This document shows, in pieces, positions 25,105-36,666 of a DNA stretch of 64,000 bases. The notes beneath the pieces were generated by a model. It saw only the letters and a program-made list of their open reading frames with translations. It was not told the origin of the DNA and ran no database searches. The DNA lies in assembly GCA_004431415.1 (NCBI GenBank), contig QPMI01000170.1:151622-215621 (forward strand). The letters are read 5' to 3'. The position numbers were made by a program, and so were the translations under genes. The first letter of the stretch is position 1, and each line of letters opens with the position of its first letter. Source of the DNA: Cyanophora paradoxa CCMP329. Taxonomy: Eukaryota; Plantae; Glaucophyta.

Positions 25105-26740
25105 TCAGCGATGCGTAAGACCCGGGCTCGAGCGGCGGCTGGAGCGCGGACCGAGCTCGCCGAGGAAGATGTTCTTGTCCGAGCTGCAGGAGCCGATGAT
25201 CGGCTCGTTCGGGTGGAAGTCCACCTCCTGCGGCCGGGTCGGCGCTCACGGGGGCGAGGCTAGGGGGAGGGGGGGCGAGGCCGCGCACGTTGACGCAGCC
25301 GGCGTGGCCGGGGAGCTTGTAGGTGATCTTGCGGGTGTTGGTGTCCCAGACGTACACGAAGCGGTCGCCGGAGCCAGCCGAGATCTTCGAGCCGTCCGGC
25401 GACCACGCGCACTTCAGCAGGTTCTTCTCGAACGTGTGCTGCACCCCGAAGAACGTCTTCACGCAGCGGTTCTCGGGCGCGAACGGTCGCAGGTCCCACA
25501 TCCTGCGCGGGGCAGGGTCAGAAGGCGGGACGAGGCCGAGCGGGGGTACGGCGCGGGACCGCACCGCACACTGTTGTCCATCGCGTTTGATAGCACGTGC
25601 GTTCCGTCCGGGCTCAACCGCAGGGAAGTGATCTGCCCGCGGTGGGTCAGCTGGGCACCTTAGCTGGGGCCGCTGGGACCGCGCACGGTGTCTGTGTGGC
25701 CCGCGAGCTTCATCACAACCTCACCCTTCCGCAAGTCCCAGATCTGTGGCGGCACCGGATTAAGGGCGGGCGGGGTCCGGGGGAGGGGAGGTGGGGGCGG
25801 GGCACACGCGAATGTCGTTGTCGAGGCCGCCTGTGAGAACCTGTGTGGAGTGCTCCGTGAACGCGACTGTGCAGATCGCGTACTTGTGCTTCAGGATCTG
25901 CTGCGAGCCCCTGACGCGCACATCCCAGACCTGCGGGGGTGGGGGGGGGGGGGGGGGGGGGAGCGTTCGGTCGAGGCGCCCGGCGGCGGTGGGGAGGGGC
26001 GTCGTGCGCACGCGCGCGGTAGTATCATCGGAGCCAGAGACCACAAGCGGCGGGCCCTTGACCGCGGGGCAGCACGCATTCACGTAGCTGGTGTGCTCGT
26101 GCATCTTCTTCACACGCGCGCCCGTCTCAGCGTCCCACAGCATGACCGTCTTATCCGCCGAGGAGGAGAGGATCTTGCTGCGCGCAGGCGCAGGTGCGCT
26201 CGTCAGCGCTCTCAGCTGCGCAAGCAGGGCATCTCGCGAACCTGCCGTCGTAAGACCAGTGGACGTCAAGCACGGCCGAGCTGTGGCCGCGGATTACATT
26301 GTAGTTCTTGCAGTCCTCATACACGTTCCAGAGATCTGTGGGATGGCGCCCCCGGCTTGAGGCGGCTGGCGAATGGGCCTGCGGCGGCACGGCGCACAGA
26401 CTGTCTTGTCGAAGGACGCTGACGCTAGATGCTTGCCGTTCGGGCTGAACTTCATCGAAAACACCTCGCCCTGCGTTTCGGGCATGCCGCTTACACTTCC
26501 GCGCGGCGAGGTCGAGGCACTGGCACCTTGTGCCCGGTGAGCAGCATGATGGGCGCTTGGAGGTTCGATGTTCGCTTGACGCCCTGCCGATGCAAGCATC
26601 GAACGGAGGGCGCGGAGCTGCCGCGGGGTGCGCACGGCGGGGATGAGTGCGCCATCGGTCTTCTGCTTCTTGATAATGGCCCCCGCGTTGGGCTCGTCAT
26701 CGACCTTCCGTTTGACGATCAGGGCCCCTGCGTCCGCCAT
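25105..26740 (-). CDS. SNRNP40: U5 snRNP 40 kDa WD40 protein
   Basis: RTSNLQAPIMLLTGH, WDLRPFAPENRCVK, HTFEKNLLKCAWSPDG, YKLPGHAGCVN|EVDFHPNEPIIGSCSSDKNIFLGEL. Confidence 0.96.
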
Positions 26741-26843
26741 CTTTCGCCGCAGTGGTCCTGGTCGACCAGGGTACTACCCGTTTACTAGCCAAACCAGTAC
26801 CCAAGACGAGAATAGCACATCAACTGCGTGGGCCGCTAGCAAG

Positions 26844-28153
26844 ATGTCGGCGGCCGGGACCTACGCCAACAACACAACCGCAAATCACCTGCTTACAGAG
26901 GACTATGTGAAGGTGCGGCGGCAAGGCATAGGTCGCTTGTCTTGACTTCGCTGACGAGCGGCCGCGCAGACACATATCGACACAGGGAAGGGAGAGAAGG
27001 AGAAGAAGTATAAGTATCTGCTACCAAAGCACAGCGAGAGTCCCTTCGGCGACTTCCCTCCCTCGCACAAGACCCGGCGGATGAAGGAGACCTCGCCGAC
27101 CCACGAGATGCCCCTAGAGATTGTTGCAACGCGTGCATCGCCGACACAGAGTGCGTCGTGTGCCTCCGCATGCCCCCCGCCCGATTCCACGCCCTGACCT
27201 ATTTTCATCCCTGCAGCAGACTTCCAGCGAAAGAAGGAGCCGGTGAATGTCCTTGCGCCCAGCTCGCTAGCAGAAGGCAGGAAAGAGTTCGCACCGCCGC
27301 GGCCTATTGCTGGCGCTTTCCAGCGGAGGCCAGTGAAGCCGACTGAGTTCCGGCGTTTCTACGACCGCGGTGATCTCCCCATTGCGGTGGAGCACAGGGG
27401 CACTGGCAACAAGATCCAGTGGAAGGTGCGATGCGTGCCGCTGTCGGTAGCTAAGCTACTCGCTAAGTGTGCCGCTCCCCAGGTTGAGATTGAGAAGCTC
27501 GACTACCACCACTATCTGCCCATATTCTTTGACGGTCTTCGGGAAAAGGAGGAGCCTTACCGGTTCTTGGCAGTCCAGGTGCGAGCTACCGGTCTTGTTG
27601 CCTTAGCCAGAGCGACCTGACGCGCGGCGGCCGCAGGGTGTCTTCGATATGCTTGAGAACGGCGGCTCAAAGATTCTGCCCGTCATTCCTCAGCTTATTA
27701 TCCCCATTAAGAGTGAGCGCGGCGCCTGCCCGGTCGCAGGCGCCATGTTCATCTTGTCTCGCGCAGCCGCGCTCAACACGCGGGACCCGGAGATCATCTG
27801 TGCCGTCCTTAAGGTCTTGCAGCAGCTGGTTGTGTCCGGAGAGATGATTGGCGAGGCGCTGGTGCCGTACTACCGGCAAATCCTCCCCATCTTCAATCTG
27901 TTCAAGAACAAGAACTGTGCGCGCTCTAGCTCCGCTGATCTGCCCGCTCAGTGCTGATACGAAGCGTACAGTGAACTACGGAGACGGCATTGACTTCGGC
28001 CAGCGGCGGCGGTTGAACATGGGCGATCTCATCCAGGAGACTTTGGAGCTTTTCGAGGTGCACGGGGGGGAGGATGCGTTCATCAACATTAAGTACATGA
28101 TCCCCACGTACGAATCTTGCGTAGAAATTAGTGCCGACGCCGCAGCAAAGTGA
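26844..28153 (+). CDS. PACRG: Parkin co-regulated gene protein (axonemal inner junction)
   Basis: [56 protein letters not shown] and [19 protein letters not shown]. Confidence 0.97.
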
Positions 28154-28355
28154 GGACCGCCTCTGGTCGGGGCGTTGCAGCAGTTTAGTCAGGCGAGTAG
28201 TAGTGCTTGTGTACAAAGATCATCGCGTAGGCTGCTTTCACCGCTTTCGATTGCACGCTCGGAAAGAGACGACTTGCATAGACTCCCTTAAAGAGAGATG
28301 GTGGGTATGCTGTGATAAACAGGCCTAGGGGTGTCCATGACGGGAAGGGGACGAG

Positions 28356-29550
28356 CTAGAAAGAGGACTGGGGCTGGGCTGCGCCGGTCGGTGCATCTTC
28401 GGGGCGGGAGGCGGCGGGCTCGGCGGGAGGGGAGAGGGAGGCGTCGGACTCGGAGGAGGCGGGGGAGTCGGACTCCGGGGCGGGGGCCTGGCCCTCGGGG
28501 GCCTCCCCGTAGGGGACGACGGCGGCGAGGCGCTCGCGGTAGCGGAGGACACGGTGGCCCCACAGGGCCAGGTGCCTGCCGCCGCTCAGCCCGCCGCCCC
28601 GGGCAGGCGGGGCGTAGGGGGCACGGGCACCAGCTCCGGATCTTCTTCGCGTAGGCGACGTGCTGCGAGAGGAGCTGCTGGCGCCCCACGCCCCCCGTCG
28701 CCGGTCTCCGCGTGATCTCCTGCGGCCACGACTCGAGGGCGTAGAGGGTGGGGCGGGGCGGGCAGGGGGGCGCACGGCGGTCGTGACCTGCCGCCGCATG
28801 GGCTTCAGGCGCGAGAGCGTGTGCTTGTTGTGGTCCTTCGGGGGCGGCAGGGCGGGCTGCTCCTGCGCCGCTTCGCCCTCCTGTGCAACTCTCAACGACG
28901 GGGCGCGCGCGCGCTAGGTTCCCTTCCTACCGCGCTCGAGCGCGGGGGCGCCCAGATGCTGCCCCCCACGTCGTGGACGAGCCACTGGCGGAGCGCAGCG
29001 TACAGAGGCGTATCTTCGTTGAGGTGCGACACGGGAACGCGTCTCCTGCAGATGACCGCCGTGTCCGCGCTCCTGCAAGGTGCGTGAGAATCTACGACGG
29101 GCCAGCTCTTGCTTGCGCACTCCACGTCCAGCCCATCTCCTGGCGGGCCCTCCGGGACGCTCGCGCTGTACTGATCTACGCATGGAGCTGAGCGGCGCCC
29201 GGTTCTGGGGTGCGCCGATGCGCACCATCCTCGCTGGCCATGTGCTCGTCGCCCTCGGCGTCTACATCTCTGTGTGAAGGGCGCTAGCTAAGATGAAAGC
29301 TGAGAATACTGAAAGAATGCAACGCACAGCCTGCGGCTCACTCCATCGCGCTGGCTGTGGCCGTGGGTCAGGTCGGCCCCAAAGAGTCAGCCTGTGGCGC
29401 CGCTAGAGCGCACCCGTCCTCCAAGCTCTCCCGGGCACGCGTGCTCCGAACTTTGCCGGCGCTCATGGTCAGCAGCGCGCCCACGGTCGCCTGCGTCGGG
29501 CTTTCCTCCGTATCCTGCCCGGCAGTGTCCGCGTCTGCCGGAGCCTCCAT
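28356..29550 (-). CDS. LIN37-like protein (DREAM/MuvB subunit)
   Basis: EDTPLYAALRQWLVHD, LPPP and LLSQHVAYAKKIRSW|HLALWGHRVLRYRERLAAV match the two conserved LIN37 blocks as I recall them. The start is uncertain. Confidence 0.65.
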
Positions 29551-29684
29551 CCCGACTGAGAGCGATTCTTCGGCTTTTCGGTCGCTTTTGATGTCCACTG
29601 CTACGCGGTTTGTCGCCCTCGAGCTCAGCCCGTTGAGGGTAAGCTCACTGTACCCCTGCAGACAGGCACCTTGGAGCAATCCTT

Positions 29685-29814
29685 GAATTACGATCATGAT
29701 CAAGCTCTGGATAGCTTAAGATCACAAATTTAAGAAGCTAAGAATTACGACCACATGTACAAGGAATCAGAGAATTACGATCGCACGATGATCTAGATCT
29801 AGATCTATAGCTAG
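29685..29814 (+). repeat. AATTACGA-motif dispersed repeat, left part (interrupted by the 9.5-kb TIR element)
   Basis: GAATTACGA at 29685, 29742 and 29772. The same motif resumes at 39419-39656. Confidence 0.6.
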
Positions 29815-29896
29815 CACAGCGGTACGCTTGTATGGGGAAGAACTTCGCCGGAGGTTTGCTGCAACTTACCTAAAAGTACTCCAACTTCTCCGCAAG

Positions 29897-30397
29897 CAGT
29901 GATGGCTGGGTTATTGATAACATATTTTAGCAACCATTATTTTAACCCAGGTATTTTGATTATTGATAGTGGTGCCAAATTCCAGGGGTTATCGATAACA
30001 CCGCTAATTAATGGGGGTGCGGTGCAAAAATCCCATTTTCCTCGCGCAACAACGCGCAGAAACGATTAAGAATGACAGCAGAACGTTAAAGAATGCTGTT
30101 AGACACCAGGGAAACTCCAGCAGGCTCTGATGCGACGGATGCCGGATGACAACCCCTCGTCTTTCTGCCTGTAGACTTCTATGAGCTGGTCAGCAGCGTT
30201 TAATTGCTTTGGATAGTGGATAAGAGAGCGTTCTGAACAGTTTGGCGACGTTTCTGCTCTGTCCGAGCGGGGTTTCTATGGCGCTTGTGGGGGTGGTTAT
30301 CGATAACATACGGTGCCATAATAATAATATAAAATAATGGTGCTAAAGATTATCGATAGCGGTCACGATTTGCCAAGAATTAATAATACCATCACTG
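29897..30397. mobile_element. hAT-type MITE, 501 bp, nested in the TIR element
   Basis: TIR CAGTGATGG...CCATCACTG. 8-bp TSD TCCGCAAG at 29889-96 and 30398-405. Subterminal TTAT(C/T)GATA motifs. Confidence 0.93.
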
Positions 30398-32511
30398 TCC
30401 GCAAGTACCGCTAAAAAAACCACCAAGAACCTCTGCACGGACCTCGAAAGGTACGACCAGGGTACGGGTGGTTGAGGTACCGGATCACTGACAATCCCGA
30501 AGCTCATACAAGCCCAGGATCGGGCACTAAAACCTGGTCGGCGTTCCGGGCCGTAGCTAGGCGCTCCAGCTGCAGGAATGGCGTCCTATCGATCAATACT
30601 GGTGTCTCTGATGCCAAGCGCGCGCCCCCGAAGCGATTCAGGTGCCGTCCGTGCGAACTGCTTCGCCCCACTGGTCTGACGCGGTCCGAGCTGCAGCTAG
30701 GTGGCCGGAAAGTGCAGGCGGTCAACCTATGAGCTGACGGCTATCGGGCAGCGCAGGCAGGTGCGGCTTTTCAAAGTCGCCGCTAACGGTCACATTGCAC
30801 TGAGCGCAATCTGCCCGCAGACAAGCGCTCTCGCTGGCTGAAACGCATCTAACGAGTCTGTAGAGGGGGCCAGAGTGCTTCGCCGCTGCCGCCGCCGCCG
30901 ACTAGGTGTGGTGCTGCCGCCGCCGCTGCCGCCCACTCCATTGACGAAGCGCAGACCCTGTAGATCAGCCGTCGTGCAAGCCGTGTCGTCGGTAGAAGCA
31001 GATGCTGTCTCTTAGGCCGCCCTCCTTCACGGTTCGCCGCCCGCTTGCATGCTCTCGACCGCCCGACCGACGCACGACCCGTATCGATTGCAGCGCGCTC
31101 GGCTGGCGGCGGCATGATGTAGCAGAGCTTTCTGATCTGTGCAGCAATGCCGCGGTCCGTTCGGTTTCCTTTTTCCGGTTGTCCGCTCCTTCGCCGCCTG
31201 CTGATTCCTCTCGCACGCAGCCAGACGGTGCTGCGCTATTGCTGCTCTGATGAATACGAAGCGATAGTGCTGTTTTGGCGGAGCTGCTGCATCGACGAGC
31301 AGCCGCCTCGCTACGCCGGCCGGCCGGCCGGCGCTCTCTTGAACCCTGCGCTTCTAGCTGCGCTGCTTGGCTCGCGCTGCTAGATCTAGACAGTTTGGCT
31401 TTCAGTATGGCTGGAGCGCAACACCCGCCGCCAGGCCGGTCTAGATCTGCTGCCGGCTGGCGGACCGCGCCCGGCCTCCAAGCACCGCTTTCTGCGTGGC
31501 TGCTCTCCAGCCTAGCCTAGGATTCTGTGATCTATTTGTGTTTTAGTGAAGCACACGCTCTCGCACCCACTGGGCCAGGCTCGGCGCGGATCTTGGGGCT
31601 TGGTTAGTTCTTGGCCGCAGTGCTTGAATGGGTCGCATGATGTGTGTCGGCACCCCTCAGAAGCGTACTGCAGCAGATCTGAGCGTATAAGCTTGCACGG
31701 GCCGGCTGAGTACGCCGACGCCGCGCCTTGCACGCCGAGGCAACTAGTCCGCCAGGCCGACACCCCCTCGGCTGCGCGCACGCCGTCATTCGGTGGCTGG
31801 TCCGCCGCGAGCCCTCCGAGGGCTCGCATTGAAGAGAAAACTCAATTTGACACCGCGCGAATGCTTCGGGGATGAGCTGCGCGACGTTTACTTGACGCGC
31901 GACGCGCTGATCCTGTGAGTGATCATGAGCGATATGAGGTGCGGGGTAAGCGAGTTCGCGACGCAGAAGCTGCAGGCGGGCTGTATATGGCCTTATTTAA
32001 TGTTATCATGCTTAGTTATAGCGGCCACCGCACTGCGGCAGTTGCCAAGTGCGCTGAGCGGGATGCGCTAAGCAGTAGGCTAGGCCCAGAGGCGCCCCAA
32101 GCAGAGAGGGACAGGCCCGTACAGCACCGTAGGGCGACGGCAAGCGGGTGCCATTACGTACACAGCAGGCGCAGAGCCGGTGTAAGACAGCAAGTAACAG
32201 GTACAGCGTAAGACAGTAAGTACAGAGAACAAGGACAAGAACGACAGCCAGCAAGCGAGCGCCGCGCAGGGCAAGCGAGGGCCCAGGGCTAAAATAAGCG
32301 GGCCAGTTGGCAACAACGTGGCACCAGGAATAGCAGGCTACAAAGGGTACAAGGCAAGGCAAGCTGCCGGCTTAGAGCCGACGACCAGGGCTAGCTGGGA
32401 GTCGGAAAGTGGGCGGCACACGCTTCCCGCTACAAAAAGCCGTCCTCGGCGCTACGAGCTAAAGGCTGAACTAAAGCTGCGTAGGCGAGGCTGAACGGAC
32501 TACAAGCCAAA

Positions 32512-33669
32512 AGCCGGCTACCGTCCCTGCACAGAAAGCCGTCCTCGGCGCCACAGCGGGCGGGCCGGAGGGGCAAATGAAAATCCATCAGGCCGTCGGC
32601 ACCAGTATGAGGAACTGGGCCCAACAAGGAAAGTTGGGTGAGGGACCCACGACCTGACGCCAGAGCGCGCGGAGCGCCGCCAGCCAACCGGGGGCAAACC
32701 CTCTAAATCCCGCCGGAGGGGAAAACGAGTGCTAGCGCTAGCACTAAGCTCGAATTCGAAGCCGGCGCCGCCCGCCGGGCTGCGGCGGCGCCGGGTCGAA
32801 AGTTCCACAGTGTAGAAGGTACTTGACGTCGAGTGTAGGAGTGTAGGACCGCAGGCTCGATCAGCAGAGCCGCAGCGGCAGAGTACGCGTTGCGGGCCAA
32901 GCTCGGCGCAGCTTGCCGCAGTGCGTTGCCAAGTGACTCGGCCGGCGGAGTCACAAGGCGGGGCGATCGGACAGCACAGTAGAGTGTGCAGCCGCGTACG
33001 CGTAGAGCAGGCAAGCCATGAAGAGTAGAGGAGGCGAGCCAGTCGTACGGGGTCAGGCTCCTGGTCGCATCATACACGATGGTAGCCGCTCTTGGCGATG
33101 GGTCTGTATGATGCGACCAGGAGCCTGACCCCGTACGACTGGCTCGCCTCCTCTACTCTTCATGGCTTGCCTGCTCTACGCGTACGCGGCTGCACACTCT
33201 ACTGTGCTGTCCGATCGCCCCGCCTTGTGACTCCGCCGGCCGAGTCACTTGGCAACGCACTGCGGCAAGCTGCGCCGAGCTTGGCCCGCAACGCGTACTC
33301 TGCCGCTGCGGCTCTGCTGATCGAGCCTGCGGTCCTACACTCCTACACTCGACGTCAAGTACCTTCTACACTGTGGAACTTTCGACCCGGCGCCGCCGCA
33401 GCCCGGCGGGCGGCGCCGGCTTCGAATTCGAGCTTAGTGCTAGCGCTAGCACTCGTTTTCCCCTCCGGCGGGATTTAGAGGGTTTGCCCCCGGTTGGCTG
33501 GCGGCGCTCCGCGCGCTCTGGCGTCAGGTCGTGGGTCCCTCACCCAACTTTCCTTGTTGGGCCCAGTTCCTCATACTGGTGCCGACGGCCTGATGGATTT
33601 TCATTTGCCCCTCCGGCCCGCCCGCTGTGGCGCCGAGGACGGCTTTCTGTGCAGGGACGGTAGCCGGCT
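32512..33669. repeat. Long inverted repeat: 565-bp arms, 28-bp spacer
   Basis: 32512-33076 is the reverse complement of 33105-33669. Mirror ORFs with identical translations (32518..32808 minus and 33373..33663 plus) confirm it. Confidence 0.95.
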
Positions 33670-33688
33670 AGCCGGCGTACGCACAAGC

Positions 33689-34024
33689 CGCCGGGCTGCG
33701 GCGGCGCCGGGTCGAAAGTTCCACAGTGTAGAAGGTACTTGATGTAGAATGTAGGAGTGTAGGACCGCAGGCTCGATCAGCAGAGCCGCAGCGGCAGAGT
33801 ACGCGTTGCGGGCCAAGCTCGGCGCAGCTTGCCGCATTGCGTTGCCAAGTGACTCGGCCGGCGGAGTCACAAGGCGGGGCGATCGGACAGCACAGTAGCG
33901 TGTGCAGCCGCGTACGCGTAGAGCAGGCAAGCCATGAAGAGTAGAGGCGGCGAGCCAGTCGTACGGGGTCAGGCTCCACAGCAGCAGCAGGCCACTGGTC
34001 GCATCATACAGACCCATCGCCAAG
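33689..34024. repeat. Third, diverged partial copy of the palindrome arm
   Basis: Same orientation as 32772-33076, with several substitutions and an 18-bp insertion. It extends into the spacer sequence. Confidence 0.9.
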
Positions 34025-34969
34025 GATCCTCCACGATCAGACGGGATGGCAAACCACGGACACAGCTATCGAGTCCGCCGGCGTACGCAGATGCAGCGCG
34101 TAGCCAGGGCTTAGGCAGGCCACCATCGCGGGACAGGAGACAGCATCAGCGCGGCCCGGAATGATCATCGGTGCTCGCGTGATAGTCGTAGGCAAGACGT
34201 ATGGACCTATCAGCAGCGGAGAGTCGCAAGCGGAGGCTTGGTCGGAAGCACCCGGACTAGAGCGCCGGTGCGTGCTGGCTTGGTCAGCGTGGAATCACCC
34301 ACAGCTAAGCAGACCGAAACAGCGCTGGCGTCCAGCTGGAATCACCCAGCTGCCAGGTTCAACCGAAGCACGGGAATCACCCAACGGGCCGACGCAGTCG
34401 ACGCGCGAGCGTGAAGACTGGTCGCGGGCATCACCCAGTGCTGCTTGCTGACGCTCTTCAACAGACAGGTCCGCTGTCCGCCGTCCAACTTTAGCTATGG
34501 CTGCTCACGTCGTCGTAGGACGTTCCAGAGCGCATTCTTTACGCTTCTGTTGACCTTCGCCCGCCGGACAGGCCTCGGTCAGACCTCCGCCCGCTGAACA
34601 GGCCTCGGTCGCTGATCAAACGCCCCCGACAGGAAAGAACGACAGTCCGCACACGCGTGAGATGTGCGTGAAGCGACTGACATCTGGCTTGACGAGCTGG
34701 ACGTCCCGGAGAAGGGCAGCTACGTCGTCGGAGCCAGGGCAAGGTCTTGGCATCTTGTCTACCGTCTAGGTGCGACAGCGCGCACAGTAGACTTGACAAC
34801 AGATAGATGCGCTTCCTCGCATAGAGATCGCTGTCAAGTGGAGCTGCGCCGGCTTCCACTGACGCGTACGCAACCCGCAGAGCCGAGAGAGACGCGGAGC
34901 CGCACGTCCTCTGGATGCAGGGTGGAGTCAAGTGGAGTGATCCTCACGAGGGATGCCACTCGCCGCCGC

Positions 34970-35225
34970 TGAGCGTGCCTCGGGAGGTCCGCAGGCGCCA
35001 CAGCAGCCGTCGTAGGTAAGACCTCGGGCGCGTACTGGGGCCATGTTATCCCAGGGCATTTCACGTCGCAGCGGTTTGACTCCATGCGTTCTTCAGATAC
35101 ACTCGCCACCATTGAGCGTGCCTCGGGCTAGCCAGAGGTGCCATCGCAGCCGTCGTAGGTGAGACCTCGGGCGCGTACTGGGGCCATGTTATCCCAGGGC
35201 ATTCACGTCTTGGCGGGCTGACTCT
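34970..35225. repeat. Imperfect tandem duplication (about 110-bp core) inside the LTR element
   Basis: TGAGCGTGCCTCGGG...GCAGCCGTCGTAGGT(A/G)AGACCTCGGGCGCGTACTGGGGCCATGTTATCCCAGGGCATT occurs at about 34970 and about 35113. Confidence 0.85.
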
Positions 35226-36666
35226 GTACTTTCTGCAGAGAGAAAAGATTGATTGACCGGCGCTTCATAGCTGCCTTGCGAGCCTGGCATGTCACGAGCA
35301 TGCGGGCAACTCGACAAAACAAGACGACGACGAAAAGAAGGTATGTTCATGAAGAATACTCATTCAGAGAGCTTTTATCATCATACGTCTCACTGCACGT
35401 GGACCAGAGAAGAAACGACATGCCACGACGACAAGAAGATCATCATTCGATCGGCGTCAACACGCAATTCGATCGGTATGACGACGTGTGTAGATGTAGA
35501 GGGTGTTGCTCCACATACAATACATTTAGTAGTACGTTGTGGTGTCGTCCCCCGATACAATGCAATACAGTTTCACTCGACATGCGCGCGGGCTGCATCA
35601 GCATTTGCTCTTGAGCGCAGCCACGGCACGTTTAGATGACTGTGAGCGCATGCGGCTCAATAGACGGGTTGGCGGACGCTTCCCACTACAGAAAGAGTGG
35701 TGCGCCAGGTCCGTAAGCAAGAAAGGCGCAGTGGCGGGTGGAAAGGCATGAACCATGCGGTTCGTATTGCTAAGCTCTGCCGCATAGGCGCTTCCCACTA
35801 CAAGAAAGTGGAGGCCGTACGCGCAAGCCAAGGCAAACGATGGCGTGCTTGTCCAGGGGTTCGGGCAAGAGCGCAGCGTTCGTCCCCAGGCATACGAGCT
35901 AAAAAGTCGAAGCCCAACGCAGCAGCCCCCATGCGCTGAGCGGGATGCGCTAAGCAGTAGGCTAGGCCCAGAGGCGCCCCAAGCAGAGAGGGACAGGCCC
36001 GTACAGCACCGTAGGGCGACGGCAAGCGGGTGCCATTACGTACACAGCAGGCGCAGAGCCGGTGTAAGACAGCAAGTAACAGGTACAGCGTAAGACAGTA
36101 AGTACAGAGAACAAGGACAAGAACGACAGCCAGCAAGCGAGCGCCGCGCAGGGCAAGCGAGGGCCCAGGGCTAAAATAAGCGGGCCAGTTGGCAACAACG
36201 TGGCACCAGGAATAGCAGGCTACAAAGGGTACAAGGCAAGGCAAGCTGCCGGCTTAGAGCCGACGACCAGGGCTAGCTGGGAGTCGGAAAGTGGGCGGCA
36301 CACCAAGTTGCCAATTTCATGACCTCTTTCAAATCCGAAATGAGGGGTCAGTTTCATGCTGGTTGATAAGGCATTTTGAAGAATTAATCATGCGGTTTTT
36401 TGGCAACTCGTCGGAGGCTGTCCACGCGCTTTTGCCTGCAGTTTCTGTCGATAATAGTTCATAACTGATACATTTTGGAGCATTAGAGGCTGCCGGGGCC
36501 GCGCGCGGCTCTCGGACTCCTGCCACAGGTGCTGTCACTGCAGCTGGGCCTCGGGGCCAGAACTGAGTTCGGAGCCAAACACACACATACAGCGCGTGCG
36601 CTTCAAATCACATCGTATTTGCACTAAATTAAAACTTTAAAAAGCCCTGAAAGAGCCGCTGAGTCC

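Larger units (their letters stand above)
32050..36302 (-). mobile_element. Non-autonomous LTR retroelement, 4.25 kb
   Basis: Two 371-bp TG...CA LTRs (32050-32420 and 35932-36302) that look identical. 5-bp TSD CCAAG at 32045-49 and 36303-07. On the minus strand a PBS-like TGGGGGCTGCTGCG follows the 5' LTR and a purine-rich AGCGGGAAGCG precedes the 3' LTR. No gag or pol. Confidence 0.92.

Noticed and set aside
30406-32044. Transposase gene within the TIR element
   Set aside because: No DDE or other transposase motif and no sustained reading frame could be reconstructed.
32430-34023. Mirror-image small ORFs on both strands
   Set aside because: They follow from the inverted repeat and show no protein motifs.
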